Assembly (NCBI GenBank): GCA_047495785.1
Contig: JBLDXI010000058.1
Span: 186,001 to 250,000 of the forward strand
DNA: 64,000 nucleotides
Direction of reading: 5' to 3'
Source: Lepidodermella squamata
Lineage: Eukaryota > Animalia > Gastrotricha
Below are positions 23,115 to 36,092 of this stretch, in pieces. The notes under the pieces are model-generated. The model had not been told where the DNA came from. It saw only the letters and a program-made list of their open reading frames with translations, and searched no databases. How positions within the stretch are numbered: position 1 is the stretch's first letter; each line of letters begins with the position of its first letter. Position numbers and translations under genes: made by a program.

Positions 23115-24121
23115 GTAAGCTTTCTTTCCAAGTTAGAGCCATAATGTAAAGGTAAAGTCAGTTTTCTGTAGTGAAATCTGCCTAATTCAGAATTCTACAA
23201 ATGCGCTGGTCACCATATCGCTCATGCACTGCGACTATTATTCGTATACTAGTTTCGCTTATGCGCGTTGCGAATTACAGGGCGCGGCAGTGATTTTCGC
23301 TTCTTGCCGGCTTCCTGTCCGAGAGCTGCGCGCTACGATGCAAGCGCTTAGCAACGCATTAGTAATGCATTGACCCCGGAGGTTTGTTTATTTGTGAAGA
23401 AAAATTCAGCGCCGTTGGTTTAGCAACACTTTATATTCATCATGCTTCCTGCCTGTCAGCCTTCACCCTAGACTTCCATAAACTTCTAACTATAGCCAGT
23501 GATGGATTTTTTACAATAATTGGAAACTTCAAAGCTTCAAAGACTTTATCGGGAAACACAAACTATTTTTATCTCACGCTCATCAAGAAATCCTCGCATT
23601 TCAAAGTGAATAGTTTCACCTCAAAAATAGAGGTTCCAGCTCTGAAATGTTTCGATTCCTCGAAAGTTTGACTTCTAGGTACTTTCCATGATAGATGTTG
23701 ACGCCCCCTCCACCTCAATGACGTTGGATTTTATATTTTAGCTACGACATCAGACAAATTACTGATTTGAAACATCGATAGTTGGAATCGATATCGGCTC
23801 TGCAGACTGATGTTATGACTCGTAAAATGAGTTAGGCGTTAGGCATGCTAACAGATTCTTGGGAAGACCTGACTCAGGAAACTTTAATGCTTGAACCCTA
23901 AATTTAGGGTAAGCCAGCATTTCTAACCCATTACCAACAACAACATGATCGTCCATTTTATTTCAAAGCAAGCATTAGAAGTTAATCGGGTTATCATTTC
24001 AACTGCTTCAACAATTACTGGTCCAATAAAATCTCTCCAAGGTAAAAATATAAATCGACATCTCATTGTTGTAGCTTAACAAACTGATAAACCTGATGAG
24101 TATCTACATATGATTATGAGG

Positions 24122-27100
24122 TTATTCCATCAACATCCGATCTTTGGATTTCAAGCCTACGGGTGGCTTTCTCGCGGATGAAGATTCGCTGTTGGCCGCT
24201 GCTGCCATCTTGGCTTGCATAAGTTTGTTGGGCACGCGATGAGCGATCGGCACGCTAAGGTTCGTCGTCGAGCCGCCAATTGATTTCGTCTCTTGTTGCA
24301 GCGCATGGGCATGCGAGTGGGGTGCGGTGTGGTTGGTCATGGCCGTCGTTGGGATAGAGTTCTGATGCTGGTGGGACGATATCGTCGCTTCTTGCTGCAC
24401 CCGAGGCTGTTGCTGGTTATGCATAGCGTTGTACACAGCAAGTCTACCGCCAGTAATCTCGCACGGCTCTGAATCTACGGCAACCTCTCTCCTATAAATA
24501 AAAAAATCATTAAACAAGGTTAAATGAAAATTATTTTTAGCAGTAATACCCGCTGTATACAGTAGTGCCGATATGAGCGATGTCGCCGGTTGCATGGTAA
24601 TTTTTAACAGTTTTCGTATCTCGAACTCGGCTAGCATCAACCGCTAGAAGTTGCCGCTGTTTGGCAACAACTAGTGCATTGTGCCGACTAGTTCTAGCGA
24701 CCAGATCGGCGTAGCGTTCGAATGACCTTTGCCGCAGTCGCTGGTTCATGCTGATCTGCTCATAGTACTGTGCCTCCTCCGTTAACAACGCCTGTTCTGT
24801 CGCATTAGCGGCGTCTTTTTGCTCAGATATCACCAGGGTCACTTTCTCGCCGGCTATTACGCTGATCAGTTGCAGCATGCGAGCGTCCTCCTCGGTAGGC
24901 TCAAAGTTATCGACTCGCATTGCTGCGATCTCCTGCGCTACGGTGTGCCATGTGTAGCAGGTCAAGTCATCCAAATAATGATCGATCTCGGGCCGGGTCA
25001 CGTGGTCGTCCGAGGTAAGGCCTGGCACGTCGTTCCAACCCAGCCGAAGGAAAATAGCGTGGATTCTAGAGCATAGAACACTTTCAGGTGACTCTACAGA
25101 CGCTTCCAATTCTTCGTCGAATCGAGGTTTTTGACTGCGTTGACGGCGCCACATTTCACAGAAGAGATGCGGAGCCGTTATGCTACGCTTTCCGCGCCAA
25201 GCTAGCAAATGTCGCACAGATCTTGGGTTATCCAGTAAATCTGTATATAAAATAACGTCATTAGGAAAAATCAAGTACGCCTTCAAGGTTGAATTACCGA
25301 CAAGACAGCCCAACGCTACTTCGGCTAGCGCGGCGGCGGAGGAGCTGTTCGTATCTTCCTTCGCCCAGCTTGGAACTTCTTCTGTAGAATCCTCGCCCGG
25401 AGATGGTAAACCTTCGTGCATCAACTGGATCAAATCAAGAAGCGCAAAAATGCTGCCGTTTTCCAGCAATGCATCCTCCGTTATATCGCTGCCAATACCA
25501 GCACTCCATAAGCAATCGAGAGCGGCTAGAAGAAGCCGCGAGTGGCCGAGTCCTGAAGACAGCCGATGTGGAGTATTTCGCAGCAATTCGCACAGCAAGG
25601 TGCATCCGTCAACGCCGAAAAGTTCGCGGTTATGAGCCGCGTTGTTTGTGTTGCCCGATGAACAAATAAGTGACAATGCCAACAAAAGATCTGAAACAAT
25701 TTCAACTGCAATCGCCTCCTCTGTACTGCCCGAAATGCTCTTGTTTTGTGAAACAGCTTCAGACTGCTGACTAATAATGGCACGGATTACTCGAAGAACA
25801 GCTTCAATGGCACCTTGGTCCACTAGATTTTCAATAACTGCGGCTGACCCAGCAGAATCAACCTCTGATATACAAGCTAATAGAAGTCTGGCGCAATATC
25901 GAAGCTGCGCTCTCTTGGATTTGTAGCCACCTGTCCCATAGAAACTGTTACCAGATCCTTCGTAAGAGGTGCTGCTAGATTCATCAGCAGACCAATCCAG
26001 CATCAGTAGGATTCTCGTGGGCAGCCGGCACTCGATTACATCAGCAGGAAGCAAATGCGCGATTTCAGCTAATGAGGCTATGGCATGGAGCTGAATCTCT
26101 TCTCTCTGAGCTTCGCTCCATTCGCGTTTTCCAGGTGGGGCCCCGGCGCAAACGTAGACTGAAAAGGCTGGAACAACCCCATTTGTTGACAGCAAATTAC
26201 GTGTGTGGATGTCACGGCTGTCACAAGTTGGTAATTACAAGCATAAGATCACGCGAAAGAAATAATGCTGTAATGACCTACCTTAGTAAAGCAACTAAAT
26301 TGATGAACAGTTTTTTCAATTCAAAATCTTCGCGATTATTGGCAACAGCGAGAATTGATTTTCCTCCAAGTTCGTCCGTTGTGGCCAGCTGGAGAATACA
26401 GATGGGATATGAGCGAGCCCCGTTAAATTAAATGGATGTAAAAAATATACCTTGAGCATTAGTTGGGCAAAACCCGTTTCTAGAAAGGCAGCCGATGGCT
26501 TGTATTTAGCAACCAGGCTAGCGAGCACGATGGCGTCGTTTCTAAGCTGCCTTGATGCGGCTGAATGGGGGCGATGCAGGTGATAAACGAATAATGAGTT
26601 TAGAGGTTGCAATGATTCTGAATCTGATAATTGATCGACGAACGCCAACAAAGGGTTAAAGTTGAATTCAGCGAAATTTCCATTGTAGGTCATATCATGC
26701 ATATTCCAAATTATTTCGACAGTACGGAAAACCGGTTCAGAGTCAAATGGCCACTGAGAAATGCGTTTAACCAAGAGAGCTGCCGCGCCACTTTCAAGCA
26801 ACTTGCAGCAAATAACTCCTAATGGTGGAAAATATGGTGTCATGCATTCTAGAAAAATAACATTAAATTACCCGATTGTTTAGTGAGTTTCTGCATCAAT
26901 TTTATAACAAGGAGTTCCGTAGAATCGGTCAAATCAAATGAGCGCATCGCCTTAAAAAATAGAAGGGTGTAGAATATTCAGGATTCAGGAAGTAGATAAT
27001 TTTTGCGACAATTACCGTGATTAGGCGAGCTGCTGCGCCGCTACGTTCAATTATGAATCTATTGTACAGCAGAGAACATCTCTGAGTCGCTTGGTAGGTT

Positions 27101-27881
27101 TCGGAATTTTCTTTGCTAGTGAATAACTTCAGTATACAGTTGCAAGCAGCCTGGCGGACATCGTCTGAGGAGCACATGACAAGTTGGGCTACAAAGCATC
27201 AAACGTCAACATGAGGCTATATTAACTTTCAGGCACTCACAAATCTCGTCGATAAGAAAGATAGCTTGGGTCTCATATGCAGCTTCGTGAGAAGTTCCTT
27301 GTGTAATTAGACCCAACGAACAAATCTTGATGATCTCCACTACTACTGGAGCCAGAGTGGGCTGATCGCTCAATCTCGATGAGCATATTGAAATAATATG
27401 TCCGAGTGTAGCACAGTTATTAAGAAGCTGAAAATCAAATTATGCGAAATTTTACCGAGAAAAGTCTTCAAAGCCCACAAATCCGTTGCTGTATGTTTTC
27501 GTTACTTTCCTCAACGCAGCTTCATGGAAAGAACGCAACTGCCGCGACTACATATGATGTTAATGAAATGTATTTTCGAATCAAATAAGAACTTGAGACT
27601 TACAGAGTACAGCTTGTCTTCCAATAGCTTTTGAACTTTCTCAAGATCTACCCCAGAAAACTCCGGTCCCTAAAAATCATCCAATGAAACATCATGCCTT
27701 TCAAGCGAGGGCTGCTTACAGTCAATAAGCCCAACTCCTTGTCCGTCAGAGTGACTTTGAAAACAGGAACTTTGACTGGATTTCTTTGCCCATTAGATGC
27801 AGGAGGCAGACGTTGGCTGACAGTACCAGTAGAGGAAGCTACTTCGGCATCCCAACCAGTACGTGTACCACATTCGATCAT
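24122..27881 (-). CDS. CFAP69: Cilia- and flagella-associated protein 69
   Basis: Multi-exon gene. Motifs VDLEKVQKLLED, SRQLRNDAIVLA, GSGNSFYGTGG...AQLRYC, LDCLWSAGIG, VARTS...AKQRQ..AVDASR, VDSEP. The start codon is uncertain. Confidence 0.88.
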
Positions 27882-28199
27882 CGCACAAGATCGGTCTTGA
27901 AATGAGGAATAAACGTAATCTTCACCTCGCGAACCCTTCGCAATGGATCGCTTCCAGTAACACGCAGATAAATTTACGTTGCCAGGCAACAATAAAAAAT
28001 ATGTGTTAATACAAAATTTGAGTTTAAGTTTTTTCATAATATTTGTAAAATACTGTGTCACAACTCAATTTTGAAATTTTGAAAGCGCGCTAACGACGGT
28101 GGTCGTTGGTGTTTTGCTGTTGTCGCTGGCTGCTGTCCGGCTCTGTAGTCTATTCCTCACCTTACACGAATCCCCGATGGCTCAATTGAAACCCGAATA

Positions 28200-28450
28200 A
28201 TTCTTCAGATATCAACTACCTACTTTTGCAATCACTGCAAGTAGCATTTAAGAGCATCCAGAGTCCAGAGCACCGTGAACCGTCAAAACCTTCCCTTGTG
28301 ATGGATGGGATACTCTTAACACCTTAACCTTCAGCACAAGAATACCGCCAGAAATAGTAACTCCATCGATCAATCCATCAAAGGCGACTTCGGACTTCGA
28401 CTTGGCCCTTCGCCAATTGGAAATAACTCGCCGACTTATCTCGCTCATCT
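28200..28450 (-). pseudogene. LTR-retrotransposon (BEL/Pao-like) aspartic protease relic
   Basis: VLKVKVLRVSHPSQGKVLTVHGALDSGCS then stop. Contains a DSG catalytic motif in the context typical of BEL/Pao proteases. No LTRs found. Confidence 0.4.
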
Positions 28451-29697
28451 ACGCCAGAACGATGGAAGACCGCTCTTTACCACTGAATGCTCAACAGGAC
28501 ACGTATCTAAGTTTGTAGCATTTTAGTCCATTAGCACCACCAATTGTCTAATACCGCATTGGTCCCCCACTAGCTCGAATTGAAGTGAATGATTCATGAT
28601 TTATGATGCTATGTCATAAGTCATTTTGACCTTCGCGCAATTGCTGTTTTCGGTGGGAATTTGTCATCGCTTTCTAAGGCTACGATTTACGTAGCACGTA
28701 GATAGAGGCTGTACCGCAGCACTGCAACTTCGCATTCGAAAATCTCTCGAAGGATGGATGGCGTCAACGCTTTTGTTGAAGCTGGCCGTTTTCCTCTCTC
28801 GCTCAAGTCTCATGAATTTGAGAGCATGTTTCGCTTTCATAATTACCCATAATAGCCATGAATACCAGTGGTAGTCAATATCTTACATTTAGTTCATCTG
28901 ATTCAATGTGAAAATGTTGGTGTAGCGTTTGATGAATAGTTAGAAGCTACACCTAAGAGAGGGCAGTTCGAAAATTTGGAAGAAAAATTTAGCATATCAT
29001 TGATGGACAGATTCATATATGGGTCAGGAATTGTGAATTAACTTTATTGATAAAAACATCGTGTTTGACCTTGAGACTTCAAAATTTCCGCGGTGGTCTC
29101 AAAACGCTCTCTTGTTAGTAAGGAAAAGTGAAGTCATTAGTCATTCGGTATACATCGCCACCAATGAGGATCAGAATACTAGTGTTTTCGGGTAACACGA
29201 ATGATAGCAAAAAATCGCACTAATTGCTCTAGACTTACTTTGAGCAGCAATAGCATCGCATCACACCAACACCTATTATAAAAATAGAGTATATCCACTT
29301 GGGTAAGACTATCCGAGATGATAAGTCGTAGAAAAGTAAACAATTTAGCGGCATGCCGCAGCTGATTCACAATTCGGAACCTCTGTAGCCCAGAGTGAAC
29401 TTATTTTGTTTAGAGTCGCATGCCGGCTTGGGTTCGAAATTGAGTACCTCATGCCGGGAAACGAGAAGGGGAGGGGGCACGTTCAGACAAAACAACTCTC
29501 CACAAGCAAAATAACATGTCTCCACAATATTCTGACCTCGTTTCTTAATAACTACTACAGTTTAGACATTTATCCAGTTCTAATCGATGAAACCTTCGCG
29601 AAGGTGATGGTTGCTACTGCCACTGCCTTAATATTTATTATGGCATGAAATTGATATTGTTAATGGCATTTTGACATTCTGCTAGTAAATTTGTTAA

Positions 29698-30135
29698 ATG
29701 AAGAAATCAGTGCCCAGAGCCTTGGCCAAAAAGACCAAGCTGCCTCCTGTCACACCCGGGCGCGTGATTGTCGAGGCCCATGCAGATTTCCGCAAAAAAC
29801 TCGTACCAGGTCGCGTAGTCATTTCAACCCCAGTCGTTGATAAATCTGCTGTAAGCCAACATTTTTCAGCATTAGAGCAGCATAATGTGTATTTAATTCT
29901 ATCATGCTAGGTACCAGCATCTGTCTCAAAACTTAGGCCGATCTCAACAGCCTCCAGAAGTGTTGCTCAGTCAGCAAAACACGTTGGATTCAAATCCCCT
30001 GCTACTTCTGCTGCCAAAAAACGCCCCACAGTCGAATGCAGTTCTCTAGAGAAACCTGCTCGCCCGCCCGTTTCGTCGCCGAAGCAGGAACGTGTTGTTG
30101 CTACCAGTCCTCCGCTCACACCTCTGAACAAGTAG
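29698..30135 (+). CDS. Small basic K/R/P/S-rich orphan protein (~125 aa; may have further upstream exons)
   Basis: Exons 29698-29850 and 29911-30135 are joined by a 60-nt GTAAGC...TAG intron that preserves the frame. MKKSVPRALAKKTKLPPVTPGRV...KSPATSAAKKRP...SSPKQ...TSPPLTPLNK*. Confidence 0.5.
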
Positions 30136-30331
30136 CTGAATGCCGTTGACTTTCCGTCTCATCTAGCCATCGCTTCATCGACATTTCTTTTATAGCTCTT
30201 CCATTTTTACTGTCGAATTTGGATTTTATTGTAACTTCTTGTGTTTATTAAAAACAAACTGCTTGAGATGTTCAGCTCGTGCATTTGATGTTATATACGT
30301 TTCTGCCTTTGTTTTAGATCCCTGGGTCACA

Positions 30332-31986
30332 ATGACTTTAGCTGAAACATTTAAAATTAACTCGGAGTTTGTGAAATGGAAAGCGCTCTATTTTTTATGT
30401 GCAGCAAGTAAGCTTTTGAACGCGGTTTCATGCATCCTCTTGCTAATGAGCTTTCTTTAGGTCATGGCCCTTATGTATATTTTATTGTTAACTTCTACCT
30501 GACAAGAGGTATTTCATATGAGGTGAGTATATATCCGAGCTGCAGTGCAACTCTGCATTATTAACAATACACGCCGTGTCTTTAATTTAAGACTGCTGGA
30601 TTCATCGAGTCGATTGTGCCCTTCCTCGGGTGCATTTTCCGGCCACTTACATGTTATTTTGCGGACCGTTTTGGCCTCCACCGAAGTCTATTGGCTACCT
30701 CAATATTCATTTATGTGCTGTCTCTCGTGGGATTCGTGGCGCTTTCCACTCGATACGAACTTATAGTTTCTACATCGACCAGCAATACTACGCTCAATGG
30801 CACCGTGGAAGACGCCAGCATCATCACATCAACGACTGCTGCTCCAGCACCAGTAGCCGAATTCATCGTTCCCGTCATTTGCGCTCTTAGGTTTCTGTCC
30901 ACCATTGGATTTACACCGGCCAGCAGCCTTTTGGATGGTATTATCTATCGTTCTCTCCAGGCGAGTAATCAGAGTGATAACTGGGGTCGTCAACGACTGT
31001 GGGGCTCCATAGGCTTCTCTATTGCCGCCCTGCTATCGTCGTTTCTACTCGACCTGTTTCCTATCGTCAACTTCGTTATCGGCTTCTCGATGGCGCTCGG
31101 CGCCGCCGTTATTTTCTTCATTGTCTCGCTATTTACCGTAAAGAGCTACAAAGCCGTTGACCCGCAAAAGAAGCAGGAGGCCGCAGTTAATGAAAACGTC
31201 GACGAAACTCTAATACCTGCTGAGAAAAAGGCGTTACCACAGCGGAATTTTTTCGTCACCGTCGTAGCGTTTATCTTCAGCGATGGTCATGTAATTTTGG
31301 CGTTGGTTGTAGCTGCTGCCGTCGGATATTTCTCGGCAATTCGTGATATTTACGCGAGTCAATATATCGAATCGATCGCTCAGAAGAACAGCAAAAAGAT
31401 CATGGGTGTCATGCAAGGTATTTTGGGTACCCTCGAAATTCCGGTCATGTTCACATGCGGTTGGTTCTTCAAAAGAATTGGCACCATGCCGTTCTTCGCC
31501 GCGTGTTTCGCGGCGTTTGCCCTGCGTTTCTACCTGTACACAGTTCTAACTGCTGAAACCGTGTGGTTTTTCCTGCTGATTGAACTTATTCACGTGTTTT
31601 GTTTCGGCTTCGTCGTACCTGCGTTCACGCTGCACGCACATCGTCGTGTTACTAAATACCAGGACGTGCTACCTGAAATGTCGACGATAATGCAAGGACT
31701 CGTGTCAGCTCTTTATCTCGGTCTCGGCTACGGTAAGTCGCGATAACCAAACCCTGTGCGTCATATGCCCTAATTCCGCTTTGTTTTGTCAGGAATCGGT
31801 AGCATTAGTGGTGGCGTTCTGATAGAGCGATTTGGCGGCAAGCATAGCATGTTGATATTTTCGCTGACGGGTGCTGCTTGTTTCGCTGTTTTCTGTATTG
31901 TGTGGCTATCTATGTTCCTTTACTCGCGGAAACATCAGAAGACTAGCGAGCCTGCTCAAGCGTTAGCAACTTTGCCAAGTTCTTAA
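30332..31986 (+). CDS. MFSD6: Major facilitator superfamily protein, MFSD6-like (MFS_1_like)
   Basis: Exons approx 30332-30406, 30461-30522, 30592-31732, 31793-31986. About 12 hydrophobic segments. Motifs ADRFG, WGRQRLWGSIGF, LEIPVMF, MQGLVSALYLGLG.GIGS..GG. Confidence 0.8.
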
Positions 31987-32616
31987 ATTATACGATTGTT
32001 GTAAGTATGTATGTCATATAAATCGTGTATTTCTATACTTATTCCAAAATCCGATATGGTATTTACATTGTTGTTAAATATTGACTCAAGCTCGTGTTGT
32101 TTGATATAAGTCTACAAACTGCTGCCCTTGTTGCATTTAACAGCGTTAAATTTTAAAGGAAACATGTGATCTCCGGGAGAAAAAAAACGGATTTAATCAA
32201 ACAAATAGTTTCTTCATGATTGCTACAAGAGTTGTGTGATGATGGGCAGCTGATTTCCTGTTTACATCACGAGCACTCTAGTCTTTTTCTGCTTTTCCTT
32301 TTGGCTGGGATACTTCAGCGTAGTGTTTGAATGACTCATACTACTTTCTATTCACAGTATATGCCTACGATAGATATTATTACTAAATCCTACCTGAAGC
32401 TTCTCACGCAATTTTTGCTGATTGATTTAAATGAAGGTGATGACGCTCCGATTTGTCTTTATTTAACCTAATACTTATAACACCGAACAGTGTTTTACAC
32501 GTTAAAAATTGTCATCGGTTTATAACTCTTTGTTGGATGGTTTGCCTTATTTTTGAGAAAGTTGCGGGATTTAATCGAATTGACTGCTTTTTTAGGAAGG
32601 TTTTTTTTATGACAAA

Positions 32617-33994
32617 ATGATTAGCAGAACGGTTTTCGTAATCTTCACATGTTTTATTGGTATGTTTGAAATTTTTGTTAATGATGTCTTTAGCCTATAA
32701 TTTTTTGCTAATTTAGGCACCATTTTCGCCTGGCGCTGCGGAAATTTGACAAAAGAGAATACGGGCTGGGAGATTTTTGCTGACGAATCTAGTGGTCATT
32801 GCTTCTCGGTCATCGACAACGAATTGCACTGGGAAGAAGCCCATATCCAGTGCACGAATATTCGAGGCCCCGCTGGTCGACGGGGCGAAGGCAACCTAGC
32901 GAGCTTTGACACGGCTCACAGTCTGATCGCTGTTCGAGAATGGCTGCGACAGATCAAGTGGCATCGAAACGGCGTATGGATCGGCGGGAAGCGATGCAGC
33001 TCGTCTCCTAACGGCTTCTGCTGGGTCGATGAGACCCCGCTTAATCGATTCTTGCTATCGGATTTTTGGGGCCCGGGTGAGCCTAGTCGCAAGACGGCGT
33101 TATTTTTCGATGCTGACTGTGTCCAGCTGAGATCATCTGCCAACTGGCGAGCTTTTACAATGCCGTGCCATACCAGCAAGTGGCACTATTCCTTCATCTG
33201 TCAATTCCCTATGTTGCCACTCACGACTACGACTTCGACATCAACGAAAACATCCACTACCACTACGACGACAACATCCACAACCACAACAACTCCGTCT
33301 ACAACGTCGACCACTGAATCGCCGTCGGCTCTGGGCATGCTTTTCAACAGGTTTGACAATCGCAACAAGCAAACGACCCCGGAGGTTGTTGACCCGAGTA
33401 TCGCAATGGCCGTCATGATGGCGCGTGGTTTGGGCTCCTCGACAACCCCGCCCGAAGTTGAGCAACGGGTCAATATGCTGCTGGTCGGGCTCCTCGCTGG
33501 ATTCGGTGGCGCCGTGCTAATTTTGTTGTTCGTGCTGTTTTTCGTCGTCCGTCGCTGCCGGCCTAACCCGTCGCCCACCGTCCAGGTTATTCTGACGCCA
33601 GAAGCACATGGCCTAGGCTTGCCCGATGCTGTGCATTCGCAGAAATCATCTGCTTTTTCGAGGAAAAAGAGCGAGGAGCTTGCGCACAATCACGAAGTTG
33701 AGATGGTCATGAACAGCAAGCGGCACCCAGTTATGAGTATGGCTGCTCTTGCGGCGCTAAATCAAACTCCGCCTAGATCGCCTCCGCCGGCATATCGCCC
33801 GATGGGTAAGTTAACTCAACCTGGCCAATCTCTGTCATTCAAGTTTTCTCATTTTTTTAGCTAACCCTGACGAGAACGTCGACCGACCTCTTATACGAAC
33901 TCGCGATGTCCCAAATCGCAGCATTGTTGTTCTGGCAAAAGAAGGCACCCAGGCAGCGACGGACAACATATACTCAGTGCCCGAAGCTCTTTGA
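32617..33994 (+). CDS. Type I membrane C-type lectin domain receptor with a mucin-like Thr stalk
   Basis: Exons 32617-32659 (signal peptide), 32717-33805, 33861-33994. CTLD motifs HCF, WEEAHIQC, LAS, WIGG, WGPGEP, CVQL, FICQ. Then a poly-T stalk, TM LLVGLLAGFGGAVLILLFVLFFVV, and a tail with PPPAY and NIYSVP. Confidence 0.88.
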
Positions 33995-34884
33995 TCGCAC
34001 AAGTGACTCTCATCACCGATAATCAATAACTTTTAAATCTGTATTATTTGAATACTTATTCTATTTCCATAACTTGTAAATTGATGCAAATTGTTGTTTT
34101 AGCCAAATATCGGCAAATTCTTAGTCTTCCTTACTGCTTGTTGGAACCTCGTTATATTTTTCTGGTTTTATCTTCTGTAATATTCTACCTGTATTTTTAT
34201 ACAAAATTGCTATATATATATATGGGGTAAAAGAAACATCATTTTTAATAATTGGCTATTTTCAAATCGAGAGTAACGAGCAATAATTTATGACGCTTCC
34301 TGAGTCGCCGAATTACGAAAGTATTCTGCAATATATACAAAACGAACTATATTACGACAATTCCACTCGTCGCTTTCCATAACAATCAAACGCATGCGCC
34401 CACCTTTAATTTTTCTTTCTTTCTTCGCCTATAAATAGCCACTGGTTGTGCCGATGTAAAATCTCTATCTCTCTATCTCTAACAAATGAAATGACTTTTT
34501 ATCGCAATGGAAATCACGATTTTAAATTGTTGCTTTTCTTTTAACAAAATAAACGATGGTACTTTTCTACTGTTTGTTGGTGTTATGTAACTTTTCCCAG
34601 TAGGGTAGCAACAGCTCGATTGAATAACGTTTCGCCTCGTCATTGATATTAATTAATGTTCTAATATTCGGCCGGCGCTTTTGACTCGTTTGTGTGCAGG
34701 TAATCCGTTTTGTATTACGGCGGCCGCGTCTGGTTGCACTGCGCACATAATACCGAGAGGTACATATAAACAGAACCGGTACATATCCAGCTATTCACAG
34801 TATACAAGCACACGCTCCGATACGCGTAGATTTATTTATTTACGACATAAGGCCTTTGGGAATGCAATGCTCACTGCCTTAATT

Positions 34885-35435
34885 TCATTCAGATTTAGTC
34901 ACTTCTTCCAAATAGGCGATGAGATCTGCTCTTTCTTGGGCCTTGCGGAGACCTAGAAATAAGAATTTATGACAACTTTCACCCTGATAGGCACGACACA
35001 GACCTGAAAACATCATTTTCGTCCCGGGAATGTAGCGTCTTGGATCAGCCAGATACCTGATAAAAACGTAAAAGAAATCCGTTGACTGGCCAGAATGAGA
35101 AGCTTACATATCCATGGTTACTGCAGTCCAAACTATCCCTGACGGTGGAATAAAGATGAACTGAAAGCCTAGCTCGATGCTAAATTACCTCTAGACTTGT
35201 TAGCTTCGGTGTAATTGTATCCTGGAGCCTCGCCCGTTTTCCGTCCGAAAATCCCATGAAGATTCGGCCCCTGTTTGTGAGGCCCACCCTTTTCAACTGA
35301 ACACCCATAATTTGATGAGGAAACTCAAAATTAAAAGCACCGCTGCATACCTGTGTGACAGAGACTACATCTTATCATGAAAGCTCGCTTTCCCCGTTCC
35401 AAATCAGGTTTCTCCAATTCAGCTTTATCCGACAT
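34885..35435 (-). CDS. Divergent cytochrome c paralog (5 exons)
   Basis: Exons 35435-35351, 35296-35189, 35138-35108, 35056-35004, 34952-34885 give [114 protein letters not shown]. Missed by the ORF track. Confidence 0.93.
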
Positions 35436-36092
35436 ATTCTACACGTAAAATACCGAAAAAATGAGAGACTGGATCGCGAAGGTGAATCAGTTTTATTTCC
35501 TTTTGAATCGATAAATTTTGCGTTATAGCATATAATTATTTGATATCTCAGTGTATCAGATAGCTTTCATTCGGGCATAGTGGCTTGGGCTCGAAAGTGT
35601 GAGCACAAAAATACGAATAATAATCATTTATAATACGTAAGCATCACCAGGAAATTTCGATAAATAGCGACACGCCATCAATTTACTTTCCTAGTAAAAT
35701 AGTTCAGATTCACCTTCGTTCGGATTACAATCAGTGTAGCATTATCACGCTAAACTCGAGAAGGAAGAATAATGTAGGTGCGGAACAAAATGCGGAACAA
35801 CCTTATGTCAGATAAGATGTGTCTACTTCTTTAGTCGTGAAGAGAAGAGTTCATCTCGGCCGCTAAAAATAATTTTACCAATTTATCATCGGATCATCAC
35901 CTTCGGCGATTAATTTAAAACGAAACCACAAACACACACGCACGCACACGCTCATCCGTATAAGCGATTGAATTGAAACATACTAATCACGGCTAGACTA
36001 AAATAGTAAGTAAGGGATCTATCTCTTTAGTTATATTTGTCTCTCAATGGCAGCAACAATATAGGTCCTCTCTTCAACAAGTTTTAGTGCAT

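Noticed and set aside
23895-23910. Palindrome ACCCTAAATTTAGGGT resembling telomeric repeats
   Set aside because: Single 16-bp occurrence with no array. Could be chance.
34425-34800. TATAAATA box and GC-rich patch between convergent genes, considered as a possible SL RNA or ncRNA gene
   Set aside because: An AG|GTAA is present but there is no canonical Sm site or convincing structure.
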